A stretch of DNA of 64,000 nucleotides from an uncultured Verrucomicrobiota bacterium. Lineage in GTDB: Bacteria > Verrucomicrobiota > Verrucomicrobiia > Limisphaerales > UBA9464. Made by a program: the position numbers and the translations under genes. Of this stretch, positions 1 to 9,781 are shown in pieces; position 1 is the stretch's first letter; every line of letters begins with the position of its first letter. The stretch lies in NCBI GenBank assembly GCA_903835555.1, contig CAILNN010000420.1, positions 4,990 to 68,989 of the forward strand, read 5' to 3'. The notes beneath the pieces were generated by a model, which saw only the letters and a list, made by a program, of their open reading frames with translations, had not been told where the DNA came from and searched no databases.

Positions 1-819
1 TTGGTCGTGCGGGGACTCAATCCAAAGGTGGGACTGCTCTATGAAGCCGGTCGGCAAACCCAGTTTTTCGCCAACTACAGCCGCAGTTGGGAACCGCCGT
101 CATTCGACAACATGGTTGAGTTCGACGATCAACCGGGCGGAAGTCTGGTGTTTACACCGCTCGCGGCTCAGCACGCTTGGACAGCGGAGGTTGGCGGACG
201 TGGCGAGGAGGGTCCCTTTCGATGGGAGTTGGCGCTTTATCATTCGTGGGTGCGCAACGAATTGTTGGATATCAACAACGCCCAGGGTGTCAACCTGGGT
301 GCGGTCAACGTGAATCGAAGCTACCATCAAGGTATCGAAGCCGGGCTGGAAACGGAGCTTCTGCATTCCCTTTTTGTTCCGAAAAGTGCCCGCCGAGAGG
401 ATGACACATTGGTCTGGGAGCAAAGCTACACGCTCAATGACCTGCATTTCGATCATGACCCGGTTTATGGCAACAACCGCATCGGCATCATTCCAATTCA
501 CCTCTATCAGGCGGCACTGACCTACCGCCACCCGTCGGGATTTTATTGCGGCCCGACCTTACGCTGGAATGTGACCAAGTATCCGGTTGACCATGCCAAC
601 ACCCTTTACGCCGACGCTTACGCCCTGTTGGGCTTCCGGGTAGGCTATCAATCGGCCAAGGGGTTTTCGGTCTTTGCCGAGGCGCGAAATCTTACCGACC
701 AACGGTATGCCGGGGATGTCGATCCGATTCCCGACGCGCGTACGACCGGAGGTGCACCGACGATATTTCATCCCGGGGATGGGCGTGGGGTCTATGTTGG
801 GGTTTCGTGGAGATTGTAA
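1..819 (+). CDS. TonB-dependent outer-membrane receptor, C-terminal portion (5' end outside window)
   Basis: ORF is open at the window edge. It has an alternating beta-strand pattern, an ARNLTDQRY-type motif and an aromatic terminal strand, all typical of TBDR barrels. Confidence 0.7.
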   Translation: MVVRGLNPKVGLLYEAGRQTQFFANYSRSWEPPSFDNMVEFDDQPGGSLVFTPLAAQHAWTAEVGGRGEEGPFRWELALYHSWVRNELLDINNAQGVNLGAVNVNRSYHQGIEAGLETELLHSLFVPKSARREDDTLVWEQSYTLNDLHFDHDPVYGNNRIGIIPIHLYQAALTYRHPSGFYCGPTLRWNVTKYPVDHANTLYADAYALLGFRVGYQSAKGFSVFAEARNLTDQRYAGDVDPIPDARTTGGAPTIFHPGDGRGVYVGVSWRL

Positions 820-1041
820 CGATTTGACTCGTTTAATTGTTACCTTGATTCCATGTATTTCCGTCCAAGAAAGGTCGTTTAAGGATGCTGGTTTCGCCCC
901 TTCGGGGCCCGAAGGATTAGCAACGCCTTTCCATGGCGTTGCCATGGGCCATCTCATTTCGCCCCTTTGGAGTGGGACCAATAGAAAATTTCGGTTCAAA
1001 TTCAAAATCCGCATCACTCGGGGTCAGGCGACGGAAAACGT

Positions 1042-1129
1042 GCAGGGCGGACGCGGTTCGGACCGCCGACGGTTCGACGGAGTCTCGCCCTACCGATGTC
1101 ACTTTGCATCAATAGGTTACGTATGAATC
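1042..1129 (+). repeat. Dispersed ~88-nt intergenic repeat, family B, copy 1
   Basis: Aligns by eye over its whole length with 22379-22465. Shared blocks include GGCGG..CGCGGT..GACCGCC, GTCTCG, CCGATGT, CAATAG and TTACGTATGAATC. Lies between convergent genes. Confidence 0.6.
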
Positions 1130-1243
1130 TCGTAGAACAATAAATGGTGTGCTATTTTCGGCACCAGGCCGTGCTACGCAGAATGCGGCTACTTTTTCCC
1201 GGTCCCCACCATCACTAAAAGCGCGAGGTCAGGAGCTTTAAGA

Positions 1244-2392
1244 CTACCTCCACAGATATTGGCGAACCTCGGGATCGCGCCCTTCGCGAAACGGTATCGC
1301 CGCAAAGATTGATTTTAGCGTCGGAACAAACAGGCAGGTGCGTGCGTGCCAGGCGGTCGGGACGGAAACGGAGCGGACGGGCGGAACATGTCCGATGTCG
1401 AAGCCGTCGAGGGAACCGGGTACACCGGGTGGGGTCAAGGGACTGGCTTCATCGGGCGTTTGCAGATCAGGGCGAAATCCTCCCGATGAAATCCAAATTC
1501 GATTTTGGTTTTCATCGAGGAACAGGTCGTCGGAGTCATCCGAACAAGGGGTTTCCGAGAGCACCGACTGGGAGGCAATGTCGATCTCTATCAGGCGGGC
1601 CGGACGCCGGGTGGCGATAAAGAGACGTCCGTGCTTGGAATCGAGCGCCATGGGGAAGTTTCTGCCGCGGCCGACCAATGGGACAACCGATGTAACTGTC
1701 CCAGACCGGCGACTGGCGAAGGCGACGGTACCGTCGTGCAGAGAACGCACCCCGCCGGGGATGTTGGCGTAGATTCGGTCGCCGTCTGGATCGAGTTGGA
1801 AGGACTCGGGATGCGAGGCAAATCGAATTTCCCGGGTCGTGGTCCACGTTAGGGTATCCATTTCAACCAAGGCACCGGTGTTGATGTCACCGACGGCGAC
1901 GAAGAGTCGGTGACGTTTTGAATCATAGCGGACATTATCGGCATCCTCGCCAACGTTCAGGTACCGAAATTGAGTTAGAGTCTTGGTGTCGTAGAGAAGA
2001 ACGCGACCATCCCCCCCGCAGGCAACCGCTACGGCGGACTGGTCTGGGATTAGGGCGACACCTTGAGGTTCTTCGAGTCCCGCGATACTGCCGACCCGGC
2101 GTCCGTCCTTGGCATCGATGACCTCCAGTGAACCGTTTTCCAAGGCGGCAACGAATAGGCGATGGGTTTTAGGATCATAGGCCATGTGGTCCATGCGCCC
2201 AGGAACTCCAATGTTGGTTCGAGAATGGCTGACACCATCCAGGACGATGGTCCATCCCAGGCGTAGGGTGTCGTTGGTTGGAACCATTGTCTCGGCGAGT
2301 AACCAATGGGACCAAGTTCCTAGTAATGACAGGAGTAGGAGTCGAATCATAACCAATGGCGGGGACAGTGAGTCATTGACTATCGGAAGCAA
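1244..2392 (-). CDS. Secreted beta-propeller repeat protein (YncE/YVTN-like)
   Basis: N-terminal hydrophobic signal-like segment followed by repeated ~40-aa units (e.g. LFVA..G.L.V.D) typical of YVTN/YncE propellers. Confidence 0.55.
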   Translation of the reverse strand: MLPIVNDSLSPPLVMIRLLLLSLLGTWSHWLLAETMVPTNDTLRLGWTIVLDGVSHSRTNIGVPGRMDHMAYDPKTHRLFVAALENGSLEVIDAKDGRRVGSIAGLEEPQGVALIPDQSAVAVACGGDGRVLLYDTKTLTQFRYLNVGEDADNVRYDSKRHRLFVAVGDINTGALVEMDTLTWTTTREIRFASHPESFQLDPDGDRIYANIPGGVRSLHDGTVAFASRRSGTVTSVVPLVGRGRNFPMALDSKHGRLFIATRRPARLIEIDIASQSVLSETPCSDDSDDLFLDENQNRIWISSGGFRPDLQTPDEASPLTPPGVPGSLDGFDIGHVPPVRSVSVPTAWHARTCLFVPTLKSIFAAIPFREGRDPEVRQYLWR

Positions 2393-2447
2393 GGGACATC
2401 AGATTTCGCGACTCTATTTTTGGTAGAAATGGAAACCACAGCAAACC

Positions 2448-3389
2448 ATGCATTCGGGGCTGCAAAGAATCGAAATCATCGACCGTGAATTGGGGCTGAA
2501 TTTTCCGGCTATCGTCCAATACCCTTCTCGGGCGGCAGTTTCGCCGGTCCAGTTGGGGCTTTATCTATTTGATGTCTGCGAGAACGGCCCCATCGCAGAT
2601 GGGAAGCATCCATTAGTCCTGATTTCACATGGCAGCGGTGGTTCGCACCTGCTGTATCGGACGGTGAGCACGCATTTGGCCCGAAACGGGTACATTGTGG
2701 TGGCACCGGAACATCCGGGCAACAATCGCAATCAAAACACCCTGCATGGGTTGGACGAGAATCTAACGCGCCGCACGCGTCATGCCTCGATGACGATTGA
2801 TGCGGTGATGGACGATCCGGTTTTCCGGCATCATACGGACGTGACTCGGATAGCTGTCATCGGGCATTCGATTGGTGCCACGACCGCACTGGCACTGGCG
2901 GGTGGGACTCCGTGGTCCAGGTCTGGTCATGCCATTCCGGTTACCAGCGATAGTCGGATAGGGGCGCTGGTGCTCCTGGCTCCAACGACGGAGTGGTTTT
3001 TGCCCGATGATTCCCTCCGGCGAGTCACTCAGCCGATTTTGATCGTCGCTGGCACTCGGGACACGATCACTCCAGTCTGGCAGGCGAAGCTGGTGAGCGA
3101 ACGCGTGCCCGACGTCCGACGGGTCGTCGTTCACACGGTGGAAAATGCCGGACATTTCTCTTTCCTGAGTCCATTTCCCGCTGAAATGCGCAAGCCGGGA
3201 TTTCTGCCGGCCACGGACCCGGATGGGTTTGATCGGGAGGCGTTCCACAGACGATTGCCGCAGATGATTTTAGAGTTTTTGAAGGCGTACAGCGGGGTGT
3301 CAACATCCAGATATCCCACTAGTGGCAATATTCGAGAGCAAGGCTGCTTTTCTTGGGACGTGGCAATACACAAGCTGATCTCTCCATAG
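2448..3389 (+). CDS. Alpha/beta hydrolase (dienelactone-hydrolase-like)
   Basis: HPLVLISHGSGG oxyanion region, GHSIGA nucleophile elbow and a late NAGHFSF histidine motif. Confidence 0.65.
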   Translation: MHSGLQRIEIIDRELGLNFPAIVQYPSRAAVSPVQLGLYLFDVCENGPIADGKHPLVLISHGSGGSHLLYRTVSTHLARNGYIVVAPEHPGNNRNQNTLHGLDENLTRRTRHASMTIDAVMDDPVFRHHTDVTRIAVIGHSIGATTALALAGGTPWSRSGHAIPVTSDSRIGALVLLAPTTEWFLPDDSLRRVTQPILIVAGTRDTITPVWQAKLVSERVPDVRRVVVHTVENAGHFSFLSPFPAEMRKPGFLPATDPDGFDREAFHRRLPQMILEFLKAYSGVSTSRYPTSGNIREQGCFSWDVAIHKLISP

Positions 3390-3545
3390 GCCTCAGCCTG
3401 TGAACAGCGTTTCAGTCCCGCCGAGCGCGGGTACTCACTGACTGGAAAGCCGGATGCGGGAAATCCGCCCGTCCGGTTTGGAGGGAGGGGTGGGCGCAAG
3501 CCCATCCCTACCCCTATACGACCTGGCGGACATTTCCTTGCTCCT

Positions 3546-4703
3546 TTACGGGGTCAACAGCTCCACTGAGCGGTGGAGTTCTTCCATTGTATTGTAGTAG
3601 TGGGGGGTGAAGCGGAGCCAGAAACGTCCGTCGCGGGTCTTTCGAATATTGGCGACGACGTTTGCCTCCAACAAGCGCCGGTGGAGTGCGACCATGTCCT
3701 GGCCAGGCAGCGCGAACGACGTGATACCGCTGGTATTGTCCGCCGGAGCATCGGCGTTCAGCACCTCGCAACCGCGTTCTCGCAGGGCTTTCACCAGCCA
3801 TTGACGTTTGTGCAGCAGGTCGGCAGCGATGGCGGCGATTCCGATTTCTTCGAGCAACAAGAAGGATTCGCGAAGTCCGGCCAATCCAAGGAGGTTATGA
3901 GAACCGGCCTCGAATCGTCGGGCATCCTTTCGATATTCCAGGTGTTCCTCGGTGAGGAACATCGGGCTTCGTAGGTTGTTCCAACCTTGAACGGTCGGAG
4001 TGAGGGCTTCGTGCCGTTCTTGGCGCACGTAAAGCACCCCGGCTGCGCATGGGCCCAGCATCCATTTATGGAGGTCAGCGGCGAGGAAATCGGTTGACGC
4101 AGCCGAGGTGGGAAACGCGCCCAGGGTTTGGATGGCGTCGAGACAAAACCAGATGCCTCGTCCGCGCAGCCAATTGCCCAGCGTTTCGATGGGCAAACGC
4201 CAGCCGCTGACAAAGTGGGCACTGGAGAGGGCGACCAAGCGGGTGTTTTCATCCACCTGCCCTTGCACGTCGATCATGCGGATTTTTCCAAGTTCACGGA
4301 CGTTCAGGAAGCGGACCTGAACGCCGCGGTCGGCGAGCGCCATCCACGGATAAACGTTGGATGGGTAATCGTCGTGGTAGATGACCACATTCTGGCCGCG
4401 ACGCCACTTGATGCTGCCCGCAATCAGGCTAATGCCCAGTGAAGTGGGACCGACGAAGGCGATTTCCTCGGGTCGAGCACCCAGGGAACGCGCTATCAGG
4501 GAGCGGGTATCCGCAATGAAGTTCTGAGGCAGGGCGGCGTCCTGATCGGCATCCATACTGCGTTCAGCCATCCGCTGGACGGCATCTTTGACGCGACGGG
4601 GCAGCGGGCAGACTGCGCCGTGTCCGAGGAAAATCTGTTTGGCAACAATGGGGAACTCATGACGACGGAGTTCTTCGTTGGTTTGGAGTTCGGTCAGGGT
4701 CAT
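3546..4703 (-). CDS. Class V aminotransferase-fold PLP-dependent enzyme (cysteine desulfurase/epimerase-like)
   Basis: 385 aa with a fold-type I pattern, including FLAADLHKWMLGP around the putative PLP lysine. 4-nt ATGA overlap with the upstream TerC gene. Confidence 0.7.
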   Translation of the reverse strand: MTLTELQTNEELRRHEFPIVAKQIFLGHGAVCPLPRRVKDAVQRMAERSMDADQDAALPQNFIADTRSLIARSLGARPEEIAFVGPTSLGISLIAGSIKWRRGQNVVIYHDDYPSNVYPWMALADRGVQVRFLNVRELGKIRMIDVQGQVDENTRLVALSSAHFVSGWRLPIETLGNWLRGRGIWFCLDAIQTLGAFPTSAASTDFLAADLHKWMLGPCAAGVLYVRQERHEALTPTVQGWNNLRSPMFLTEEHLEYRKDARRFEAGSHNLLGLAGLRESFLLLEEIGIAAIAADLLHKRQWLVKALRERGCEVLNADAPADNTSGITSFALPGQDMVALHRRLLEANVVANIRKTRDGRFWLRFTPHYYNTMEELHRSVELLTP

Positions 4704-5461
4704 GGGCCTTCGGACGATTCAGGAGGGAGCGATTGATCGGTCGATTGTTTGGAACGTAAACGAATGTTGAAACCTTCCACAACGGCAGAAAATGCCATGG
4801 CAAAGTAGACGTAGCCTTTGGAAATGTGCTGGTGCAGTCCTTCTGCGACCAGCAAGGTGCCGATCATGATCAGGAAAGCGAGCGCCAGCATCTTGATGGT
4901 GGGATGTCGCTCGACCAAGGCGCTGACGGCGTCAGCGGCAGTGACCATCACGCCCATCGCCGCAATCACAGCGGCGATCATCACGCCGACTTGGTTGGCC
5001 ATACCTACGGCTGTAATCACGGAATCGAGCGAGAACACCACATCCAGCAGGAAGATTTGAAGGACCACCTGAGTGATAGAAGGCGTTCGGTAGGTTGATT
5101 CCGGACGATGAACAGTCGCTTCAAATTTTGCATGAATCTCGCGCGTGCTTTTGAAAATGAGGAAACAGCCACCGACCATCAGGATCACGTCTTTTGGGGA
5201 AGTTTCAAGAGTCTGCCCAAGGATATTGCCGCTCCAAAACGGGCGATCAAAGCGCATCACCCAGGAGAGGGACAGCAGGAGCACGGTGCGACTGATCACC
5301 GCCAGAAGAAGGCCGATCCGGCGTCCCCGCGACTGTTGGCCCCGTGGTAGCCGCCCGCTGAGGATGGAAACAAAAATTAGATTATCGATCCCCAAAACAA
5401 TTTCGAGGACAGTCAGGGTCAAAAAAGAAAGCCAGAGATTTGGATCGGAAATCCAAGACAT
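4700..5461 (-). CDS. TerC family integral membrane protein (paralog 1)
   Basis: Multi-TM protein carrying the two TerC signature segments LGIDNLIFVSIL and FSLDSVITAVG. Confidence 0.75.
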   Translation of the reverse strand: MSWISDPNLWLSFLTLTVLEIVLGIDNLIFVSILSGRLPRGQQSRGRRIGLLLAVISRTVLLLSLSWVMRFDRPFWSGNILGQTLETSPKDVILMVGGCFLIFKSTREIHAKFEATVHRPESTYRTPSITQVVLQIFLLDVVFSLDSVITAVGMANQVGVMIAAVIAAMGVMVTAADAVSALVERHPTIKMLALAFLIMIGTLLVAEGLHQHISKGYVYFAMAFSAVVEGFNIRLRSKQSTDQSLPPESSEGP

Positions 5462-5481
5462 AAGCGAGAACTGTCGGGAGG

Positions 5482-7221
5482 TCAGGGATGAGAACCGTTC
5501 GATGGCACCGATGGACGCCAGTCGAGGAGTTTGAACTTGACCGAGGTGCGTCCGCCGTAGGTATCGATACTCGGAGCGACCGCCACGTCAAAAACGCCGT
5601 GGGGAGCGGGTTCCTGACCGCTTCCCCACCACAACGTTTCGATGGCAGGTCCGCCGGTAGTCACCCAGAGTTTCCAATGTTGAAGTTCCCTGCCCAACCG
5701 TTGCGGAGGACGGGCCAAATGCACCCCCGCCACACACAATTGAATCGGAGGATTTTGGGAGCCGAACGGGGCCAAACGCGCCAGTTCAGTAACACGTTCC
5801 ACGGTCAAATCATGGAGTGGGGCGATGGCATCCAGGCGCAGTTCAGGCACGAGGACCGACGGGTTCATTCGTTCGCGGGCCACTTGGTTGAGATGGGTGC
5901 GAAAGGCTTCTAATTGGTCGGCCTTGAGGCTGACACCGGCGGCCATCGCATGGCCACCATGGCGGACCAATAGATGATCACAAGCTCGCAAGGCTTCAGC
6001 CAGATCGAAGCCGGCGATGCTACGACCCGAACCGCGCCATCCGTCGCCATCGGGTCCCAGAATAAAGGTGGGCCGATAGACTTCCCTCGAGATTCGGGCG
6101 GCGACGATTCCGACTACGCCCAAGTGCCAATCCGGACTGGCCTCGACCACTGCCCAGTCGTTTTCGGGATTAAAACTCTCACGGACCCTGGCGAGAGCCG
6201 TATCGGACATCCGGCGCTCAATATCTTGGCGTTCACGGTTGGTGGCATCGAGCGCCAGCGCCAGCGGTCGGGCGATTTCTTCATCGGGAGCGACGAGCAA
6301 TTCAAGGGCGGCTTCTGCCGTTTCCAAACGCCCGGCGGCGTTTAACCGAGGAGCCAATTGAAAGCCGACTTCATAGGTGCCGATCGGCGACCGAGTTTGC
6401 GCCACCTCCTTGAGTGCAATCAATCCCGGCAGGGAAGTGGATTCGATCCGTTTCAGACCAGCGTGGACCAGGATGCGATTTTCTCCGGTCAACGGAACCA
6501 AATCAGCCACCGTTCCAAGGGCAACCAAATCGAGGCTGTCTTTCAGGTCCAGGGCGGAAAACCTTCTGAGGCCGAGTTCGCGCCCCCGCTTTACGAGGGC
6601 ATGGAGGAGTTTGAAGGCAATACCAACCGAACAAAGTTCGCGCCCGTGTGGCGCAGCGGAGGTATCCAACTGCGGATTGACCAAGGCATAGGCGTCTGGG
6701 GGCGGCGACGTCAATTGATGGTGGTCAACAACGATGACATCGACATACTGCGTCCGTAGCCAATCGACCAATTCATTGGACGTTGAACCGCAATCGACAG
6801 CGATGAGCAGGTCGGGTGGGTCGCCACAGAGACAGCTTTCCAGAGCGCCCCGGGTCAACCCGTAGCCCTCCTCATGGCGACGCGGCAGGTAATGTCTCAC
6901 CTGCCATCCCAGCGATTTAAGGGAGGTTTCAAGAAGGGCGGTGGCCGTGACACCGTCCACATCGTAGTCCCCAAAAATCACCAAGTTTTCCCCGCGATCG
7001 AGAGCTTGAAGAAGGCGTTCGACGGCTCGTTCGACGTTGGGCAGTCGAAATGGGTCCTCCAAGAGCTTAAGACGAGGCTCTAGAAATGTGGCTGCCTGAC
7101 CGGGGTGCCCAAAGCCGCGATTGATCAGGCATTGCGCGGTCAAATGGGCGATGCCCAATTCGAGCGCCAATGATTGGCATTGATCCATTGCAGGCGGATG
7201 AATCGTCCAGCGTGGTTTCAT
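5482..7221 (-). CDS. recJ: Single-stranded-DNA-specific exonuclease RecJ
   Basis: 579 aa with DHH-family motifs (IFGDYDVDGVT, VDCGS, VVDHHQ) plus DHHA1-type GGHAMAAG. Confidence 0.9.
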   Translation of the reverse strand: MKPRWTIHPPAMDQCQSLALELGIAHLTAQCLINRGFGHPGQAATFLEPRLKLLEDPFRLPNVERAVERLLQALDRGENLVIFGDYDVDGVTATALLETSLKSLGWQVRHYLPRRHEEGYGLTRGALESCLCGDPPDLLIAVDCGSTSNELVDWLRTQYVDVIVVDHHQLTSPPPDAYALVNPQLDTSAAPHGRELCSVGIAFKLLHALVKRGRELGLRRFSALDLKDSLDLVALGTVADLVPLTGENRILVHAGLKRIESTSLPGLIALKEVAQTRSPIGTYEVGFQLAPRLNAAGRLETAEAALELLVAPDEEIARPLALALDATNRERQDIERRMSDTALARVRESFNPENDWAVVEASPDWHLGVVGIVAARISREVYRPTFILGPDGDGWRGSGRSIAGFDLAEALRACDHLLVRHGGHAMAAGVSLKADQLEAFRTHLNQVARERMNPSVLVPELRLDAIAPLHDLTVERVTELARLAPFGSQNPPIQLCVAGVHLARPPQRLGRELQHWKLWVTTGGPAIETLWWGSGQEPAPHGVFDVAVAPSIDTYGGRTSVKFKLLDWRPSVPSNGSHP

Positions 7222-7224
7222 GAA

Positions 7225-7902
7225 TCAAGAAGCACACCACTGGATAGCTGACCGCAGGAGGTAGCGAAAAAACTCGAGATGCAAAGCAATCATGACGGAG
7301 AGGTACGCGGCGGAAGCGAGAGTCGTCAAATAGCCGAGCCAGATGACCCACCCATCTTCCTCCATCATGCTGGCGGCCAATACGACAATGGCGACGGCTG
7401 GAATAAAATTGGACAGGGGTATGGTGGGGGGCAGGGGCAATGCCAGCATGATCCCACCCAGAGCCAATCCGCTCGCCCCCATCATCCGTCCGGCACGGGT
7501 ACGAATCCATTGGGAGTGGCGGGGCCGTACCCAACGCTCGACCCAGCGCAAGACTCGGACACCCGCCCTAAGCGCTCGGGCAAAAAGACCACTTTGGACG
7601 TTTCGATCGCCGAACTGACTGGGAAGCTTGGGGGGAAAACCCAGACACAACCTCCAGGCGAGGTAAACGATGATGACACCAAATAGGTTGCTGACCCCGG
7701 GGAGGCTTATCGGGATCATGAACGGCAGGCTCAATAGAATGATGAACCCATAAGGGCCACGGGCAGCGGTCCTAACCAGCAATTGGTTCAAAGTGAGCGA
7801 TTGGCCATTGAAATCGGCGAGCACCTGGTCGAGTTCGACAGACAGCGGAAGAATGCCGGGAAAAGGCTGTCCGATGGTCATCTGAAAGGGAGAGGCTTTC
7901 AT
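7225..7902 (-). CDS. ExoD-family membrane protein (exopolysaccharide synthesis ExoD-like)
   Basis: ~225-aa multi-TM protein with an ARGPYGFIILLSLPFMIPISLPG segment characteristic of ExoD. ATGA overlap with the upstream TerC gene. Confidence 0.55.
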   Translation of the reverse strand: MKASPFQMTIGQPFPGILPLSVELDQVLADFNGQSLTLNQLLVRTAARGPYGFIILLSLPFMIPISLPGVSNLFGVIIVYLAWRLCLGFPPKLPSQFGDRNVQSGLFARALRAGVRVLRWVERWVRPRHSQWIRTRAGRMMGASGLALGGIMLALPLPPTIPLSNFIPAVAIVVLAASMMEEDGWVIWLGYLTTLASAAYLSVMIALHLEFFRYLLRSAIQWCAS

Positions 7903-8951
7903 GGACCGGTGGGAGGCGACGTCCGGGCATCCGTCGCTTTCAATGCAACCGAGCCAAGAATGGATGCCACGAGGATTCCGATAACCAAGGCCAGGGAACC
8001 GACCATGAGTTGATCACCAAGCCAATGCTCCAGCGGGACCCGAAAAAGCATTTTGAGTCCGATGACGACCAACACGAGAGCGAGGCCATGTTTCAACAGA
8101 CGAAAGTAGTCCATGATCGAGGCTAGGACAAAGTAGAGCGAGCGAAGACCCAGGACGGCGAAGATATTCGATGCGAACACAATGAATGGGTCCCGTGTGA
8201 TCCCAAAAACGGCAGGGATGGAATCCAACGCGAAAGCAACGTCGGTGGTCTCCACCACGATCAAGACCAAGGCGAGCGGCGTTAGCAGCCAACGGTGAGA
8301 TTGACGGGTGGTCAGGCGTTCGCCGTCGAATTCGGAACTGAGCGGAAGAAAGCGCCGGGCCACTTTGACCACCCAATTTCGGTCTGGCTCGATTCCAGCT
8401 TCGGTTCCGTGACCCAAAAACATGCGCCCACCGGTCCAGACCAGGAATGCACCCATGCCATACAGTGTCCACGACCATCGGGTCAGAACGGCGGCTCCGA
8501 GGAATATCATCCCCCCTCTCAGGAGAAGCGCACCAAGGATGCCCCAGAAAAGCAAGCGGTGCTGCCAGGCCAGCGGAACATTAAAATAGCGAAAGATCAG
8601 CGCGATAACGAAAACATTGTCCATCGAAAGGCTAAGCTCGACCGCGTAGCCGGTGAGGAAAATGGCCGATTGCTCCCCAGCCCACCCTGGAATCCAACTT
8701 GGAGCGACCGCAAACGCGAAGGCAACTGCCGATCCCATCCAAACGACAGTCCACATCATGGCTTCGGGCAGTTTCACCGTCCGTCCTCGCCGATGAAACA
8801 CTCCGAGGTCCAAAGCTATCGCCACCAAGACAAAGAGGGCGAATTGCGCCCAATGCCACAAACTGGTTTGCAGCGTCACAACGGAAACGGTAGCCATTCC
8901 AAAGACGGGAGCGAGTGGAGTTCCTGGGGATAATCCCACTTCAGCGGGCAT
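7899..8951 (-). CDS. TerC family integral membrane protein (Alx-like, paralog 2)
   Basis: Multi-TM protein with SLSMDNVFVIALIF and ALDSIPAVFGIT TerC signatures. The ATG at 8951 is preferred over the TTG at 8957. Confidence 0.75.
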   Translation of the reverse strand: MPAEVGLSPGTPLAPVFGMATVSVVTLQTSLWHWAQFALFVLVAIALDLGVFHRRGRTVKLPEAMMWTVVWMGSAVAFAFAVAPSWIPGWAGEQSAIFLTGYAVELSLSMDNVFVIALIFRYFNVPLAWQHRLLFWGILGALLLRGGMIFLGAAVLTRWSWTLYGMGAFLVWTGGRMFLGHGTEAGIEPDRNWVVKVARRFLPLSSEFDGERLTTRQSHRWLLTPLALVLIVVETTDVAFALDSIPAVFGITRDPFIVFASNIFAVLGLRSLYFVLASIMDYFRLLKHGLALVLVVIGLKMLFRVPLEHWLGDQLMVGSLALVIGILVASILGSVALKATDARTSPPTGP

Positions 8952-8953
8952 CC

Positions 8954-9718
8954 TCAATGAACTGGGTCAACGTCATCGTCGGAATTCACCTGTTCCTGAT
9001 GAAGCAGAAACTCGCTGACGGTCACTGGATTGATGCTCCATCGCCGCGCCAGGAAAACCACGCGTTCGACATTCTGAAAGTCGGGGGGGACGCCTGAAAA
9101 CTGAACGGGAGCGGGATCATCGGCATAGTTTCGGCAAGTCAGGCCCAACTCACGCTCTTCCGGAGTCAGAGGCCCTTCATTCCAAAGCGGCATACCTGAC
9201 CAAGCATAGGCCCGAAGCACCCGCCCGGACAGCAGACGAGCCCAGGCATGAGTGCCAAAGACGCGATCGGCACAAAAGTAGTGAACCTCACCCAGCGCAC
9301 TGCTCATTTGCCGGAGAAATCTATAGAGGACATCTACGTTCTTGGACGGGTCGGGAATCGCCCCGCCGATCACCAGTATCCATCCGTCTACTGGAGGGGA
9401 TACGAAACAACGTCGATCACGACTGTGTTTCAAAGCCTCTGACCAAGGGGTTTCGAGGTTTGCTACGGAGCCCAACCATTGGGCAACACGCACGGAATCG
9501 TTGCCTCGTAAAACTAGCCATCGTGTTGGGAGCGAACGAGCCACCGGGTGACGTCCGGCTTGAGGAGTTGAACGGGGCAGATCGGTTGGCAGATGCAACA
9601 AACGAGCTCGCCTGAGATGGCGTCGATAGATGGCCACCATCAAGCAACCGACACTCGCCAGCAGCGTCAAGGCTGCCAGGAGGCCAGTGACGATGACGAA
9701 TGGCTGATCCACAGCCAA
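8954..9718 (-). CDS. Hypothetical protein with one N-terminal TM anchor and a ~200-aa soluble domain
   Basis: ORF with a TTG start. Its stop lies 2 nt from the TerC ATG. I recognise no family. Confidence 0.45.
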   Translation of the reverse strand: MAVDQPFVIVTGLLAALTLLASVGCLMVAIYRRHLRRARLLHLPTDLPRSTPQAGRHPVARSLPTRWLVLRGNDSVRVAQWLGSVANLETPWSEALKHSRDRRCFVSPPVDGWILVIGGAIPDPSKNVDVLYRFLRQMSSALGEVHYFCADRVFGTHAWARLLSGRVLRAYAWSGMPLWNEGPLTPEERELGLTCRNYADDPAPVQFSGVPPDFQNVERVVFLARRWSINPVTVSEFLLHQEQVNSDDDVDPVH

Positions 9719-9781
9719 TGACTATTCAACCTTCGAACCAATTCGCAACGGTGAATTGAAAAAGGATGGTCTTTTTGTTTT

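Noticed and set aside
896-942. Overlapping GC hairpins (GCCCC-TTC-GGGGC, CCTTCGG-GGC-CCGAAGG, GCAACGCC-N7-GGCGTTGC) between convergent genes.
   Set aside because: They are plausible bidirectional terminators, but none is followed by a U-tract. Left uncalled.
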